From positions 32,001-96,000 of the forward strand of contig CAVVXH010000008.1 in the NCBI GenBank assembly GCA_963752155.1: DNA of 64,000 nucleotides, written 5' to 3'. The position numbers and the translations under genes are program-made. The notes beneath the pieces were generated by a model that was given only the letters and a program-made list of their open reading frames with translations, made no database searches and was not told the origin of the DNA. Below are positions 1 to 11,709 of this stretch, one piece after another; within the stretch, counting starts at the first letter, position 1; every line of letters begins with the position of its first letter. The DNA comes from an uncultured Parachlamydiaceae bacterium (GTDB lineage: Bacteria > Chlamydiota > Chlamydiia > Chlamydiales > Parachlamydiaceae).

Positions 1-861
1 AGGAAAACGATCATAATACTCGTCAATAATAAATCCTTTTAACATTACACTTCTAATCATAAGAATCCAAAAATTTCGCGGGCCAAAGTCCTGTTTTTCC
101 AAATTATACATCGATATTTGCCCACAGAGAACGATTCGTGCATGCTTGTTGATGAGCATTAAGACTTGATCGGTAATATCTCCGCCTACATTGTCAAAAT
201 AAACATCCACACCATTTGGACAAGCTTTTTTTAATTCTTCAATATAAGTTGTATTTTTATAATTGATAGCCGCATCAAATCCCAGTTCATTAATTAAATA
301 ATTTGCTTTTTCATCACTCCCAGCAATCCCCACAACACGGCATCCTTTGATTTTGGCTATTTGTCCCACGATAGTTCCAACGGCTCCCGCAGCTCCTGAT
401 ACAACTACTGTCTCATCTTTTTTAGGCTTGCCAATATCTAGCAAGCCAAAATAGGCTGTCATGCCTGGCATGCCTAATACTCCTAATGCTGTCGTGACAG
501 GCCCTAAATTTGGATCTATTTTTTGTAAGTCATTGCTTTTCACAACGGAAAAATCCGACCATTCAAGATAGCCATGTACTACATCTCCCTTCTTAAAATC
601 AGAGCTGTTAGACTTTACCACGCGTCCTATCCCACCACCTGTCGGAGGTTGATTCAACTGGAAAGTAGGAAAATGTATGGTCTGTTCATACATTCTTCCG
701 CGCATATAAGGGTCGACTGAAAGAGTTAACGTTTCTACAAGAACTTCCCCTTCTTTAGGTTGAGGAATTGTTGTTTCATTCATAGCAAAATCAGACAGTT
801 TAGGCATTCCTTTTGGACGTGCTACAAGTAGAATTTGATGATTAACTTCTTTTATATTCAT
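1..861 (-). CDS. NADP-dependent oxidoreductase (MDR family, CurA/PTGR1-like), runs off the window edge
   Basis: Manual translation from ATG at 861: MNIKEVNHQILLVARPKGMP...LSVDPYMRGRM...LGVLGMPGMTAYFGLL...VVSGAAGAVG...YFDNVGG. Confidence 0.9.
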   Translation of the reverse strand, partial: MNIKEVNHQILLVARPKGMPKLSDFAMNETTIPQPKEGEVLVETLTLSVDPYMRGRMYEQTIHFPTFQLNQPPTGGGIGRVVKSNSSDFKKGDVVHGYLEWSDFSVVKSNDLQKIDPNLGPVTTALGVLGMPGMTAYFGLLDIGKPKKDETVVVSGAAGAVGTIVGQIAKIKGCRVVGIAGSDEKANYLINELGFDAAINYKNTTYIEELKKACPNGVDVYFDNVGGDITDQVLMLINKHARIVLCGQISMYNLEKQDFGPRNFWILMIRSVMLKGFIIDEYYDRFP

Positions 862-889
862 ATGTTTTACCCGTGTTGATCATTTTTTT

Positions 890-1930
890 TTAAATATGAG
901 AATCTTCTTTATTTCTCGTAGTTCTTTCTAAAATCCATTCTGCAATTAGATTTAATGCATTTGTAGCAATGGTCTCTTTAATTTGTGCATATTCCCCGAA
1001 AGATCCATCATGACATGTTTGAAATAAATGATTCAGTCTTGGCAGCTCGATCAGTTCATAGTCTTTATTCCCTCCTTCCTTTAATGCTTTACCAATGATC
1101 GAAAGATTTTTTTTAGACAAAACCTGTTGATCTAGCTCGCCATTAAGTGCAAGAAGCGGAATTTTTACTTGTTTCAAGGCTATAGCCGGATCGTAAGAAA
1201 GAAAAAAACGAAACCATGGTGTATTAAGATAGCCAAGTTCCACATCTATGGCATCAGATTCTTCACGTGTGAGCTCTTGTTTTAAATGAGAATGTCTAAT
1301 AATAATTTCACGTAATTGTTTTGCAGCAACTTCAGAATCCTTTTCATTTTTTAAAACATCAAATAGCATTTTTTTATGCTGATATTTTTTTTCAATGGCT
1401 TCTTTCGAAGTTCCTTTAGCTCTTTCAACGGATTCATTCCAGCCATACATAAATTTTTCTCCTGAAACGGCACATGCCGCCATCAACACAGCAAAAGCAA
1501 TATCTTGCGACTTTACAGCTGCCATCGGTGCTATGATTCCACCTTCACTCCATCCAATTAATCCGATTTGTTTTGGATTGACTTCCCTACGAGATTTAAG
1601 AAATTCGACCCCTGCAAGTACATCGTCGGCAAAGTCTGCAGTTGTTGCCATGTTAAAATTTCCGGTGGACTCCCCGCATCCGCGTTTATCGAAACGAAGC
1701 ACCGCAATTCCTCTAGAGGATAAATATTCTGCTAAGACTTGAAATGGCTTATGGCCAAAAATTGCTGCATCACGACAACTTTGTCCTGCACCTGCAATTA
1801 AAATCACTGCGGGAAAAGGCCCTTTAGAATCAGGGAATGTTAATGTGCCGGATAAATTAATATCTGCAACTGAGTTATATGATATAAATTCTGCTTGCCA
1901 ATTGCATAAGCCCGGGTTCAGTGGATTCAT
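890..1930 (-). CDS. Alpha/beta hydrolase (S9/S15 peptidase-like)
   Basis: LRFDKRG, nucleophile elbow GWSEGG, GELDQQV and LNHLFQ catalytic motifs. Confidence 0.85.
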   Translation of the reverse strand: MNPLNPGLCNWQAEFISYNSVADINLSGTLTFPDSKGPFPAVILIAGAGQSCRDAAIFGHKPFQVLAEYLSSRGIAVLRFDKRGCGESTGNFNMATTADFADDVLAGVEFLKSRREVNPKQIGLIGWSEGGIIAPMAAVKSQDIAFAVLMAACAVSGEKFMYGWNESVERAKGTSKEAIEKKYQHKKMLFDVLKNEKDSEVAAKQLREIIIRHSHLKQELTREESDAIDVELGYLNTPWFRFFLSYDPAIALKQVKIPLLALNGELDQQVLSKKNLSIIGKALKEGGNKDYELIELPRLNHLFQTCHDGSFGEYAQIKETIATNALNLIAEWILERTTRNKEDSHI

Positions 1931-2374
1931 TTATTTTTTCTCCTTTAAAAATTTTGCATATTTTTTGATAAGAATTTTCAATTCTTTTTCTAAGAAAGCG
2001 CAGTAATTGGCCATTTCTTTAAGCTGCACTAAGCTTTCCATCGCTTTAGGAGGGATTTCTTCGATGATAGAACGTAATTTTTTAACATCCTGTACTTTTT
2101 GATGAAGATTTAGGTTCCAAATATCTTTTTTTAATTGATAGAAATCTGCGCGTTCTTCAGGGAGTAAAACCTTCTCGATGACCCCTAATGTCAAAAGCCT
2201 CCTTAGTTCTACACTTGCAGTGCTTTTACTAATTTGTAACTTCTCGACCAACAGTCCCATTGAAATAGGTTTGGTAGCAGTCACAAAAAATCCAAACATA
2301 CGACCATAAGTTTTGCTAAGTCCTACTCCATCAAAATAAATCCCAAATTTATCTAAAACTTTTTCTAAATCCAC
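1931..2374 (-). CDS. GbsR/MarR-family winged-HTH regulator
   Basis: GLSKTYGRMFG...LQISKSTASVELRRL...ERADFY pattern; translationally adjacent to the hydrolase. Confidence 0.8.
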   Translation of the reverse strand: MDLEKVLDKFGIYFDGVGLSKTYGRMFGFFVTATKPISMGLLVEKLQISKSTASVELRRLLTLGVIEKVLLPEERADFYQLKKDIWNLNLHQKVQDVKKLRSIIEEIPPKAMESLVQLKEMANYCAFLEKELKILIKKYAKFLKEKK

Positions 2375-2694
2375 TGTAGTTCCTTAGTTTTTTGTTCGGA
2401 CTGTTCGGCCCACACAGAACAATTTACAACATTTCATGAAATCGGTCTACTGAAATTTTACCTCAATATGATTATGGAATGGTCAAGGCAACTGGTCGCA
2501 TGGATGAATTGCGAGACCCGTTCCGTTTATGTTGCCCTACCGAGTGATGCGCATAAACCTGTGATTCCATATCTTCCTAATAGGATGTAATATCGAATTG
2601 AAGTCTTTTTGAATATTCTTCGAGTTTAGCAGTAAGGATTGGCTGAGTATTATTGGATTTTAGAGTATAATGAGTAAGTTCATAACGATAATCG

Positions 2695-4647
2695 ATGCAA
2701 GTGAAGGTGACTCTTAGGATGAGAAATATTATGATAAACTACACAAGACTTCTGATTGCTGTACTTATTTTAGCTTTGTTTGGAGTCGCATGTTCTTCGC
2801 AAAACATTTCTAACAGTAAAGCGCCTGCTCAGTCAATCGAAGAGTTGCAAATACAACTTGAAAATATACTTAAAGAAATGCAGGTACCAGGCATGGCTGT
2901 TGCAATTGTAAATCGAAATGGCCCCGAATGGATATCTGGCTTGGGCAAAGCTGATTTAGCCAATGATCGACCTGTAAACGCATCAACTCTATTCCGTATA
3001 GGGTCGGTGTCTAAGAGCTTCATCTCCCTTGCTGTCCTTAAGCTAGTTTATGAAGGCAAACTTTCACTTGAAGATCCTGTGCAAGAACTCGTACCAGAAG
3101 TTTGGTTTGGCAATAAGTGGGAGGCGAGCGAGCCAATACGTATAGTCCATCTCTTGGAAAACACTACCGGTTGGGATGACATGCATTTGCGTGAGTTTGC
3201 CAAAGACCCTTTAACAATGTCCTCTTTTGAGACGCTTGATTATGACCACAGCTCTCGAATCTCCCGCTGGTGTCCTGGTACACGCATGTCTTATTGTAAC
3301 TCCGGACCAGCCGTTGCAGCTTATATAGTGGAAAAGATTACTGGCAAGAATTTCGAAGAATATATCGAGCAGAGTTTTTTCAAGCTTATTGGAATGCAGA
3401 CAGCGACATACTTTCAACCGATTTCGGAATTAGCTACAGTACTTTATCATAGCGACGGAAAAATGCCCCTCCCTTACTGGAACTTACTTTACCGTCCTAT
3501 CGGCTCTATCAATGTTAGCGCCAATGACATGGCGAATTATCTTCTGTTTTATCTTAATCGCGGCAAGATACATGGCACACAAGTTATACCAGCCACTATT
3601 TTTAATCGGATGGAAGTTCCTACTAGCACTTGGGCTGCCAAAGAAGGATTGCAGGCGGGATATGGTTTAAGTAATTATTGTACCACCTACGATGGTTTTC
3701 TGTATCATGGGCATGATGGGAATGTTCCAGGGGGACTTACTGCCATGGCATACATGCCTAAAGAAGGCATTGGTTATTTTTATAGCCTTAACTCTGGCAA
3801 TCGAGAGGCTTTTAAGAACGTCGGAACGGTCATTCGTGCATATGTCACACGTCAATTAGAAAAACCATCTCTTCCCTCAGCGTTTTCTCTTTCTGAGACA
3901 ACCTATGCATATAGCGGTTGGTATGAGCCCAATTCGTCTCGCATGGAATTTTTTTCTTTTCTAGAACGTTTGATTGGCATGTCTTATATTCATTTTAAAG
4001 ACAACACGCTCCTTGTTGATTCTCTTAGCGAAAGAAATGCAATATTTCTTCCTGTCACTGATACTCAGTTTCGTTATGTGCCTTTAAATGAATCTCAAGA
4101 TGTAGAACCGATACTTAAGTTGCTTAAGCCGAACCTTGAAGGGCAATTTATCCAAATTAACTGGGGGCTAAGAAACGCATTCTTAGATGTTACTCTGAAA
4201 CGTATCCCTACATGGCTTGCAATCTTTGAGATTATCACTGCTGGATTTGTTTTACTAGCTCTTACCTCAACTCTTCTTTTTGCGCCCTTTTGGATTTTTC
4301 AAATTCTGAGTAAAAAGCATCGCTATCTTGCTGAACGTAGCATATTGTTATGGCCACTGATCGCAGTATTGAGCCTGTTAAGTATTGTTGTCGTATGCAT
4401 GTTGTCTAATATGGATGTTGCTATCGAGCGTCTGGGAAATTTGACCATTTGGTCTTTTGCCTTATTTTTAGCAACCATCGTTTTTTGTGCAGCATCAATT
4501 GCAAGCGTTATCGCTTTGTGGCGAACTCCTAAACATGAAGTTCGTGGGATTGTCCACTTATATTCGACAATGCTTTCTATTGCTCTAGTGATAACTACAG
4601 TTTATTTTGCATACTGGGGCATTATTGGTTTACGTACTTGGGCATGA
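2695..4647 (+). CDS. Serine hydrolase (beta-lactamase class C-like) with C-terminal membrane helices
   Basis: FRIGSVSKS (SxxK), YCN (YxN) and HGHDG motifs; lipobox-like GVAC; 4 hydrophobic C-terminal segments. True start may be a few codons downstream. Confidence 0.85.
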   Translation: MQVKVTLRMRNIMINYTRLLIAVLILALFGVACSSQNISNSKAPAQSIEELQIQLENILKEMQVPGMAVAIVNRNGPEWISGLGKADLANDRPVNASTLFRIGSVSKSFISLAVLKLVYEGKLSLEDPVQELVPEVWFGNKWEASEPIRIVHLLENTTGWDDMHLREFAKDPLTMSSFETLDYDHSSRISRWCPGTRMSYCNSGPAVAAYIVEKITGKNFEEYIEQSFFKLIGMQTATYFQPISELATVLYHSDGKMPLPYWNLLYRPIGSINVSANDMANYLLFYLNRGKIHGTQVIPATIFNRMEVPTSTWAAKEGLQAGYGLSNYCTTYDGFLYHGHDGNVPGGLTAMAYMPKEGIGYFYSLNSGNREAFKNVGTVIRAYVTRQLEKPSLPSAFSLSETTYAYSGWYEPNSSRMEFFSFLERLIGMSYIHFKDNTLLVDSLSERNAIFLPVTDTQFRYVPLNESQDVEPILKLLKPNLEGQFIQINWGLRNAFLDVTLKRIPTWLAIFEIITAGFVLLALTSTLLFAPFWIFQILSKKHRYLAERSILLWPLIAVLSLLSIVVVCMLSNMDVAIERLGNLTIWSFALFLATIVFCAASIASVIALWRTPKHEVRGIVHLYSTMLSIALVITTVYFAYWGIIGLRTWA

Positions 4648-5163
4648 GCTCAACTGTATGTTGGCCGATTTTCAGAAAGGCTGATTCTAAAACAATGTCG
4701 AAACCAAATAAGCCAAAAAGTAAAAATCAGCAATACTTTACTAATGAGGATTGGCTTCCTCAAATTAGTGAATGGAAAGGATTGAAAACTGCTATAGAAG
4801 TTACTTCAGAAAGGATCATCAATTGGAAGATTCAGTCGTGCACTCAATATTATATCTGTAGTCGAATAGCTTCGGCCAAACAATTTGCGAAATGGATAAG
4901 GGGGCAGTGGTCGATAGAAAATAATCTTCATTGGGTGGCAGATGTTGTATTTCGGGAAGATGATGCCACAAATAGAGTAGGGCATTCAACAGAAAATCTA
5001 ACTCTTGTTAGAAGACTTGTGATGAACATGGTCAACTTATTTGACCCATCTGTAGGATTAGCTGCAGCTAGACGATTTGCAACACATGAACCCGATTATT
5101 TGAAAGGAATGTTGATTAAAGTTTTTAGAAAAAATGTCAAATCTTTTTAGTGGGAACGCCCTG
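4638..5163 (+). mobile_element. ISAs1-family IS remnant (transposase 3' part plus right end)
   Basis: YYICS...IRGQWSIENNLHWVADVVFREDD motif; sequence ends GCCCTG at 5158-5163, the reverse complement of the CAGGG terminus typical of ISAs1; N-terminus missing. Confidence 0.85.
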
Positions 5164-5620
5164 CTCCGAATGATTTTAAAAGAGAAGATATTATTTTGCA
5201 TTATTTAAAACAAATCGATGGGTTTGTATTACAAAAGTCTATATAGCAGACATTCTCCAATGTCATTAAGTTAAGGAATGGAAAACCGTAGAACCGCCGA
5301 GAGCGCCAAGGAAAAGCAAGTGGGATCATAACCTCAAAAAAAATTGAACAGAAACTGTAGCTCTCAACTTCAAAAAAGTAATGTTCTTAAAGCCGTTGTC
5401 TTTTTGTCTTTTTGTGACCAAAATCTATATTATTAATATATCTGGGTATGGTAATATAAAAAAGATGAACCCTTAGGTGTTCCCTTAAATAATGAGCTGC
5501 TCTGCGTTTGTTATAAAAAGAAAATTTTATATGGGGACAACCATTCACCGCACTAACCTCCTAAGTTATTGTTTTTCAAAATCACAATAGGAAATTTTTT
5601 ATTTAAACCGGAGAAATATT

Positions 5621-6457
5621 ATGAATACAGAATTTAGACAAATTGATTCTTTATTGCATCTAAATGAGCACTTAGAAAATAAAGAACTTAATGGAAACTC
5701 TTATAAAGTTTTACTTCTTGATTTTGACCAAACTCTTGTTACAGCTACTCGATATTTTGGATCCGAAAGTTGGTATTATTTTATGCAAAACCAAATCGAC
5801 AAAGATAAAAAATTTGCTATCAATACTCACTATAGATGGTCTGTAAAGGTTCGTAAAAAAAACCCATATATTTCCTGTGAACCTAGCGGGGAAATTACTG
5901 ATCTCATAAATAAATTTAGATTAAGTGGCTGGAAGGTTCTCATACTTACGGCTCGAAAGACAGATATGTTAAACGTAACTTTGCAACATATTAAAGATGC
6001 TGGTTTGCCTTTTAATGATGCAGATATTCTTTTTATTAAACCCTTTCCTGGAACAAAAGCAGAACGTTTTAAAGAATGGTTTGAATCTCAAAATGATGCA
6101 AAATCAATAACAAACTTAACTATACTTTTTGCTGATGATGCATTGAAACATTGCAATGATATGCTTACTTTGAGTAAAACCATTGACAACAGTATTAAAG
6201 TAAAAATTGATTGTTTCCATTATTCTAAAGCCATTCCTAATGCCAATATTACTCCTAGACAACTTGACGTCCTTGCTGTCCAATTAGGTGCTTTCATTAA
6301 TAAATCACTCCTTCCCTTAGATGATGACATTAGTAATGATGATGTTCAGAAAGCCAAGAAAATTTTAAATATGGATGATATAACTGCTGAAATTTTATTT
6401 AATAAAATGGCAGAAATCGTAGAGAAAAACCCAAAATATTATTTTCAAAAGATTTAA
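5621..6457 (+). CDS. HAD-fold protein (DUF2608-like)
   Basis: LLDFDQTL (motif I), ILTAR (motif II), LFADD (motif IV); GGAG RBS upstream. Confidence 0.65.
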   Translation: MNTEFRQIDSLLHLNEHLENKELNGNSYKVLLLDFDQTLVTATRYFGSESWYYFMQNQIDKDKKFAINTHYRWSVKVRKKNPYISCEPSGEITDLINKFRLSGWKVLILTARKTDMLNVTLQHIKDAGLPFNDADILFIKPFPGTKAERFKEWFESQNDAKSITNLTILFADDALKHCNDMLTLSKTIDNSIKVKIDCFHYSKAIPNANITPRQLDVLAVQLGAFINKSLLPLDDDISNDDVQKAKKILNMDDITAEILFNKMAEIVEKNPKYYFQKI

Positions 6458-6655
6458 CCTAAATTCAATACAAGAGAGGAATAAGCCTCTCTCTTGTATT
6501 TTTGTAACTTGCCCGGAATTCTTGAGACATTATTGTTTACAAATAATTCAGATTTATGTTATGACTTTACTAGTTCGCGAGATTGGCCAATCAAAATCCA
6601 ACGGGATTTTGCGGTCATAGAATTTTTCATAAAAACTCTAACTGCAAGGAATAAA

Positions 6656-7114
6656 ATGAATGGATTCATTACTGCAGATTTGTCTTCATTAGGACATACA
6701 ATTGCTTATGTTGATGGTAGTAAATGCAACAATAAAACTAAGATTGAAAATCGTTTAGAAACTCAATTGAGAAGGGCAAAAACTGAAGAATGTGGCTTTC
6801 AATGGAATGGGAGAAATATTAAAGAAGTCATTATTTCCAATATGATCATTTATGACCGTGTGGATATGGCATGTTTACAATGGTTTATAAATGCAGCAAT
6901 AAAAATTGATTTATCTAAGTCCTACGTATCTTCAGAAATCCTGAATGAACTTAATGAAATATGTCAGATGTCAATCGATGTGAACTGGAAAGTTCCAGAA
7001 GGTTCCTCTATTAGGATTCCAAAACTCACCGGTTATAGCGGTATGGCAATAACAGATAAAACTGAAAATCTTTGCGAACGGATTGGATTTAAGGTTTTCT
7101 TAGGTGGTTTATGA
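6656..7114 (+). CDS. Hypothetical protein
   Basis: ORF track 6494-7114; ATG at 6656 follows an AAGGA RBS; no recognisable motif. Confidence 0.5.
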   Translation: MNGFITADLSSLGHTIAYVDGSKCNNKTKIENRLETQLRRAKTEECGFQWNGRNIKEVIISNMIIYDRVDMACLQWFINAAIKIDLSKSYVSSEILNELNEICQMSIDVNWKVPEGSSIRIPKLTGYSGMAITDKTENLCERIGFKVFLGGL

Positions 7115-7722
7115 AAAAAACATTGATTACTATATTACGCAATCGAATACCTCTGCTGAACAATATCGACAAGCTGCTGATCAACTTGGAACAGTATTAG
7201 CCGTAGAATGTGACGTTCTCTTTCCTAAAGCTACGGTGTTTGTTGATACCCCTCTAGCACATACTCACGGCGTATGCTTTAAACATGAGTCCGTCTTAGT
7301 TCCTATTTTAAGATCAGGCCTTGTTCTTTTGCCGCCATTTATGCGTTTCCACCCAGGAGCAAGCCATAGGTTTCATTGGCACTCGCCGGGATGAAAAAAC
7401 CGCAATCACAGAACTCTACTACACAAAATTGCCGCCATTTAATCATGACAATCCTATCCTCCTGTTAGATCCTATGATTGCCACTGGAGGGAGTGCCGCA
7501 CTGGCAGTCAAAGTTTTGAAAGCAGCTGGTGCGGTAGAAAAACAGATCACTTTGATTGCATTTATAGCTTCTCAGGATGGTATTAATCGCTTCCAAAAAG
7601 AATGCCCAGATGTCGGCTTAGTCATTGCGCAAGTCGATGAAGGACTTGATGAGCAAAAACGCATCATCCCTGGTCTAGGAGACTTTGGTGATCGTTATTT
7701 TGGCACAAACAATAAAATGTAG
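7111..7722 (+). pseudogene. upp: Uracil phosphoribosyltransferase, frameshifted twice
   Basis: MKKTLITILRN / NTSAEQYR...VPILRSG / RRDEKT...LLDPMIATGGS...IIPGLGDFGDRYFGT are spread over different frames (shifts near 7145 and 7363). Confidence 0.85.
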
Positions 7723-7730
7723 TTTTGAAT

Positions 7731-7894
7731 TATAGATCTTTTCACATGACTTCGTAACAAAATTCTAGCAGATTTTGACATAGATTGCAGATGAAGAAAA
7801 CGTGACATACATGGGTGTAGGCGCGTTTTCTTCATCTGCAAGATATGTCAAAAGATGCAGAATTTTGTTACGAAGTCATGTGAAAAGATCTATA
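7731..7894. repeat. 164-bp palindromic element (MITE-like) between convergent upp and ppsA
   Basis: TATAGATCTTTTCACATGACTTCGTAACAAAATTCT ... AGAATTTTGTTACGAAGTCATGTGAAAAGATCTATA, with an inner stem TTGCAGATGAAGAAAACG/CGTTTTCTTCATCTGCAA. Confidence 0.9.
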
Positions 7895-7896
7895 GC

Positions 7897-10311
7897 CTAT
7901 CCTCGTTGCTTTTTTTCGTGTTTAGTAATAATAACAAGCGTCTTTATCACCGCGTCAGGACTTAAACTGATGCTATCAATTCCACAATCCACTAGAAATT
8001 TGGCAAATTCCGGATAAGTCGATGGGGCATCGCCACAAATTCCAATCTTGCGCTTGCGCTTTTTGGCCACACTGATGACATGTTCTATCATCCGAGTGAC
8101 AGCTTCATTTCGTTCATCAAAAATGTCCGCTACTAATTCGCTGTCGCGATCGACTCCTAGAGTCATTTGTGTCAAATCATTGCTTCCAATACTAAAGCCA
8201 TCAAAAATATCACAGAATTTATCGATTAAGACGACATTACTAGGAATCTCGCACATAACATAGACTTCTAACCCATCTTTACCTTGCACAAGGCCATTTT
8301 CTTTCATTACCTTTAAGACTTTTTTGCCCTCTTCAATGGTTCGGCACACAGGGATCATAACCTTCAAATTGACAAGGCCAAATTCTTCTCTAACTTTTTT
8401 AATTGCTTTACATTCCAATGCAAAGCCCTCCTTATAACCGGGACTATAGTACCTGGAGGCCCCACGCCAACCGATCATGGGATTCTCTTCTTTCGGTTCG
8501 AAATACTCTCCACCAATCAGATTTACATATTCATTTGTTTTGAAATCACTGAAACGCAAAATCACATCGCGAAGGTAAAATGCAGCAGCAATGATCGCAA
8601 CACCCATGGAAAGCTTATCGACAAAATATTGTTTTTTATCAGTGTAACCAGCGGTCAATTCATTAATTTTACGCTGTGTTTTCGTGTCTTTAACTTCTTC
8701 AAATTTTACTAGTGCCATTGGATGGATACGGATATATTCAGTAACTATAAATTCTTCACGTGCTAATCCGACTCCATCGTTTGGTAAAAAACTTAATTCG
8801 TAGGCTTTATCAGGATAACCAACATTGATCATTATTTTCGTTTTCGGCTTCGGAACCTTTTGCACATTAATCCTTTCAACCTTGTATTTGAGTAAACCAT
8901 CGTATACTAACCCCTTTTCCCCTTCAGCACAGCTAACAGTAATGTTTTTCCCTGTTTCGATTAATTGAGTAGCATGATTAGTTCCCACAATGCATGGTAG
9001 GCCTAGTTCACGGCTTACAATGGCCGCATGCGATGTCCTTCCTCCTCGGTCTGTCACAATGGCTGAGGCGATGCGCATGATCGGCACCCAATCGGGATCT
9101 GTAATCTCTGTGACTAATATTTCGCCGGCCTTAAATTGTGCAATATCTTTGGCGTCCTTGATAACTCGAGCAGAACCTTGCGCGATCTTACTTCCTACAC
9201 TTTTGCCTTGTACAAGTACCTTGCCTTTTTGAAGTAATCTATATTCTTCAATGATATTTCGATTTCGTTGCGATTGCACCGTTTCAGGACGAGCTTGCAC
9301 AATAAATAGTTCTTGCGTTTGACCGTCTTTTGCCCATTCTAAATCCATTGGAGTCCATCTACCATATTTCGAGCTGTAGTGGTCTTCGACTGCTATGGCC
9401 CACTTAGCGAGTTGCAATGCTTCGGCTTCAGTTAAACAAAACTTTTTTCTATCCTCTTTTGATGTATTGACCTTCTTGACTGGATGTAGCGCATTTTTTG
9501 TATAGACTATCTTGGTTGCTTTTTCGCCAAGACGCTTATCAATCAAAGGTTTGTAACCTTGCTTGAGCGTAGGTTTAAAGACATAAAACTCATCAGGATT
9601 AACCGCTCCCTGGACTAGACTTTCCCCAAGGCCATAACTTCCAGTAATGAAAACGACATCCGGAAAACCGGTCTCCGTATCTAGAGTAAAAATAACACCT
9701 GCAGAAGCTAAATCTGAACGGACCATTTTTTGGACGCCGATAGATAAATAGACTTTGAAATGATCAAACTTGTTCTCATGACGATAGACAATAGCACGAC
9801 TCGTGAACAATGAGGCAAAGCAGCTTTTACATGCATCTAGCAACTGCTGTAGCCCACATATATTGAGAAAAGACTGCTGTTGTCCAGCAAAACTAGCACT
9901 TGGTAAATCTTCCGCAGTAGCTGAAGAACGAACAGCAACATCTGCATTCTCTACCTTGCATAATCAAGATAGTTTGTGGTAGGCATTGGCAATGGCATCT
10001 TGCAATTCGGTAGGAAGCTCACAACCCATGATCAGCTTTCGGGTTTTTTCTCCTGCTTTTTCCAAAGCTTGGGAATCGTGTACATTCAATCCATGTAAAA
10101 CAGCTTTTAGATCGTTGAGAACACCAGCCTTTTCGAGAATATATTTATAGGCATAAGCAGTAATTGCAAATCCTTGAGGAATCTTGACTTTTGTGTTCTT
10201 GCGCATCTCACCTAGCGAAGCATTTTTTCCACCAACTAGTGAAATATCTTCAATGCTAATCTCGTCAAACCAAAGTATGAAAGACTTTTCACGTTCCTTT
10301 TCCTTTTTCAT
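7897..10311 (-). pseudogene. ppsA: Phosphoenolpyruvate synthase with an in-frame TGA at 9964-9966
   Basis: VGGKNASLGEM, then LS*LCKVENADVAVRSSATAEDLP in the same frame, GGRTSHAAIVSRE (phospho-His), GFSIGSNDLTQ. Confidence 0.9.
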
Positions 10312-11159
10312 GATAGTTCCCCGTGTTTTGCTTTTGAGATAATAATACTCCATTCTCTTTCTAAGTTAACTCGGTCATCGGGATGAGCAATACTAATAAG
10401 AGCTGCCGCCCGCTCTTTTAAAGTCCTTCCGAAGAGATCGACAACGCCATATTCAGTAATGACATAATGCACATGAGCTCGAGTTGTTACAACACCTGCA
10501 CCAAGCTTTAATTGCGAAACGATTCGAGGGGCGCCCTTATATGTTCGCGCTGTCAATGCAATAATGGGTTTTCCACCTTTTGAAAGCGCTGCTCCGCACA
10601 TAAAGTCAAGTTGGCCACCAGCTCCTGAAATGATTCTACTTCCTACAGAGTCTGCACAAACTTGGCCTGTTAAATCTACCTCAATAGCTGAGTTAATTGC
10701 AGTCGTCTTCGGATTTTGAGCGATCACACTCGGACGATTAACGAAACCTATATCTAATTGGACCACTGAGGGATTGTCATTGATAAAGTCATAGACCCTC
10801 TGTGTTCCTGTTACAAACCCTGATACCGTTCTACCTGGATAAATGACTTTTTTTGAATTATCTACAACACCAGACTCGATTAAAGCAAGCGCTCCATCAG
10901 ACCACATTTCTGAATGAATGCCTAAATGCTTGTGGTTGATGAGAGAAGCTAGAATGGCATCCGGAACAGCGCCGATTCCAATCTGCAAAGTTGCTTCATC
11001 TTCAATCAGATTAATGAGTTCAGTATTTGTTAAACGTTCAGCTTGAATAAAAAGAGCTGTCAGCAGAGCATGTGGCGTGGCAGCAGCACCATGCACAAAC
11101 ACACGTTGACCTGCGCGAATCACTTCAATTGCTTTTTCAGCCGAGCTCATTTTTTGCAT
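10308..11159 (-). pseudogene. Acetyl-CoA hydrolase/4-hydroxybutyrate CoA-transferase with an in-frame internal deletion
   Basis: N-terminal RVFVHGAAATP joins directly to ATLQIGIGAVP...HSEM...SGAGGQLDF; 283 aa, well short of typical family length (about 430 aa). Confidence 0.75.
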
Positions 11160-11536
11160 TAAGAAAATCCTCCTTTCTCCTTTTCTCTTTGGAAAATTTT
11201 CTTTTTAATTTTTTCTATCTCTTGTTCTTCCATTTCTTCAATGGCAATCAATTCATTTGTAGCTTCTTTAGTTACTCGTATGAGTTCATCTATTTTTAAA
11301 TGAAGTGCTTTACTTTCTCTGTTTTGTGTATTTTGAATGATAAAAACCATTAAAGCCGCATTGAGTGTTGCAATCGTATTAAGAATTAACATCCATGTGT
11401 TATTAAAGCCCAAAAAAAATCCAATGATTAACCACATAGCCACCACAAAGAGCGCCAGCACGAAAGTTATAGGGCTACCCGCCTTTTTAGCTGACCACGA
11501 TAAAAACTTTGAAAGAGGTGGTATTTTGCGTGCCAT
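11159..11536 (-). CDS. Low-affinity iron permease (Fet4-like) family protein
   Basis: MVFIIQNTQNRESKALHLKIDELIR signature. Confidence 0.85.
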   Translation of the reverse strand: MARKIPPLSKFLSWSAKKAGSPITFVLALFVVAMWLIIGFFLGFNNTWMLILNTIATLNAALMVFIIQNTQNRESKALHLKIDELIRVTKEATNELIAIEEMEEQEIEKIKKKIFQREKEKGGFS

Positions 11537-11671
11537 AAATAAACTCCTTTATATGGAATCTTATCTCATAGTTTATTTTAATTTGTTATTATTTTTTTGT
11601 TTTCACCAGCGGCATATGGCTCATTATGTTTGGCTTCCAATAGCTCAAAAACGGCAACTGCTGAGAAAAAC

Positions 11672-11707
11672 AAATCACCAAATCATAAATTCTTGATTTG
11701 GTGATTT
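11672..11707. terminator. Stem-loop, probable intrinsic terminator of the minus-strand operon
   Basis: AAATCACCAAATCA-N8-TGATTTGGTGATTT just past the stop of 11710-12267. Confidence 0.55.
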
Positions 11708-11709
11708 AA

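Noticed and set aside
9964..9966. TGA recoding or readthrough (in-frame TGA in ppsA and in the xis-like gene)
   Set aside because: Many genes end at TGA with ATGA overlaps, Trp is encoded by TGG, and an in-frame TAA occurs in AI-2E; C-to-T nonsense mutations explain all three
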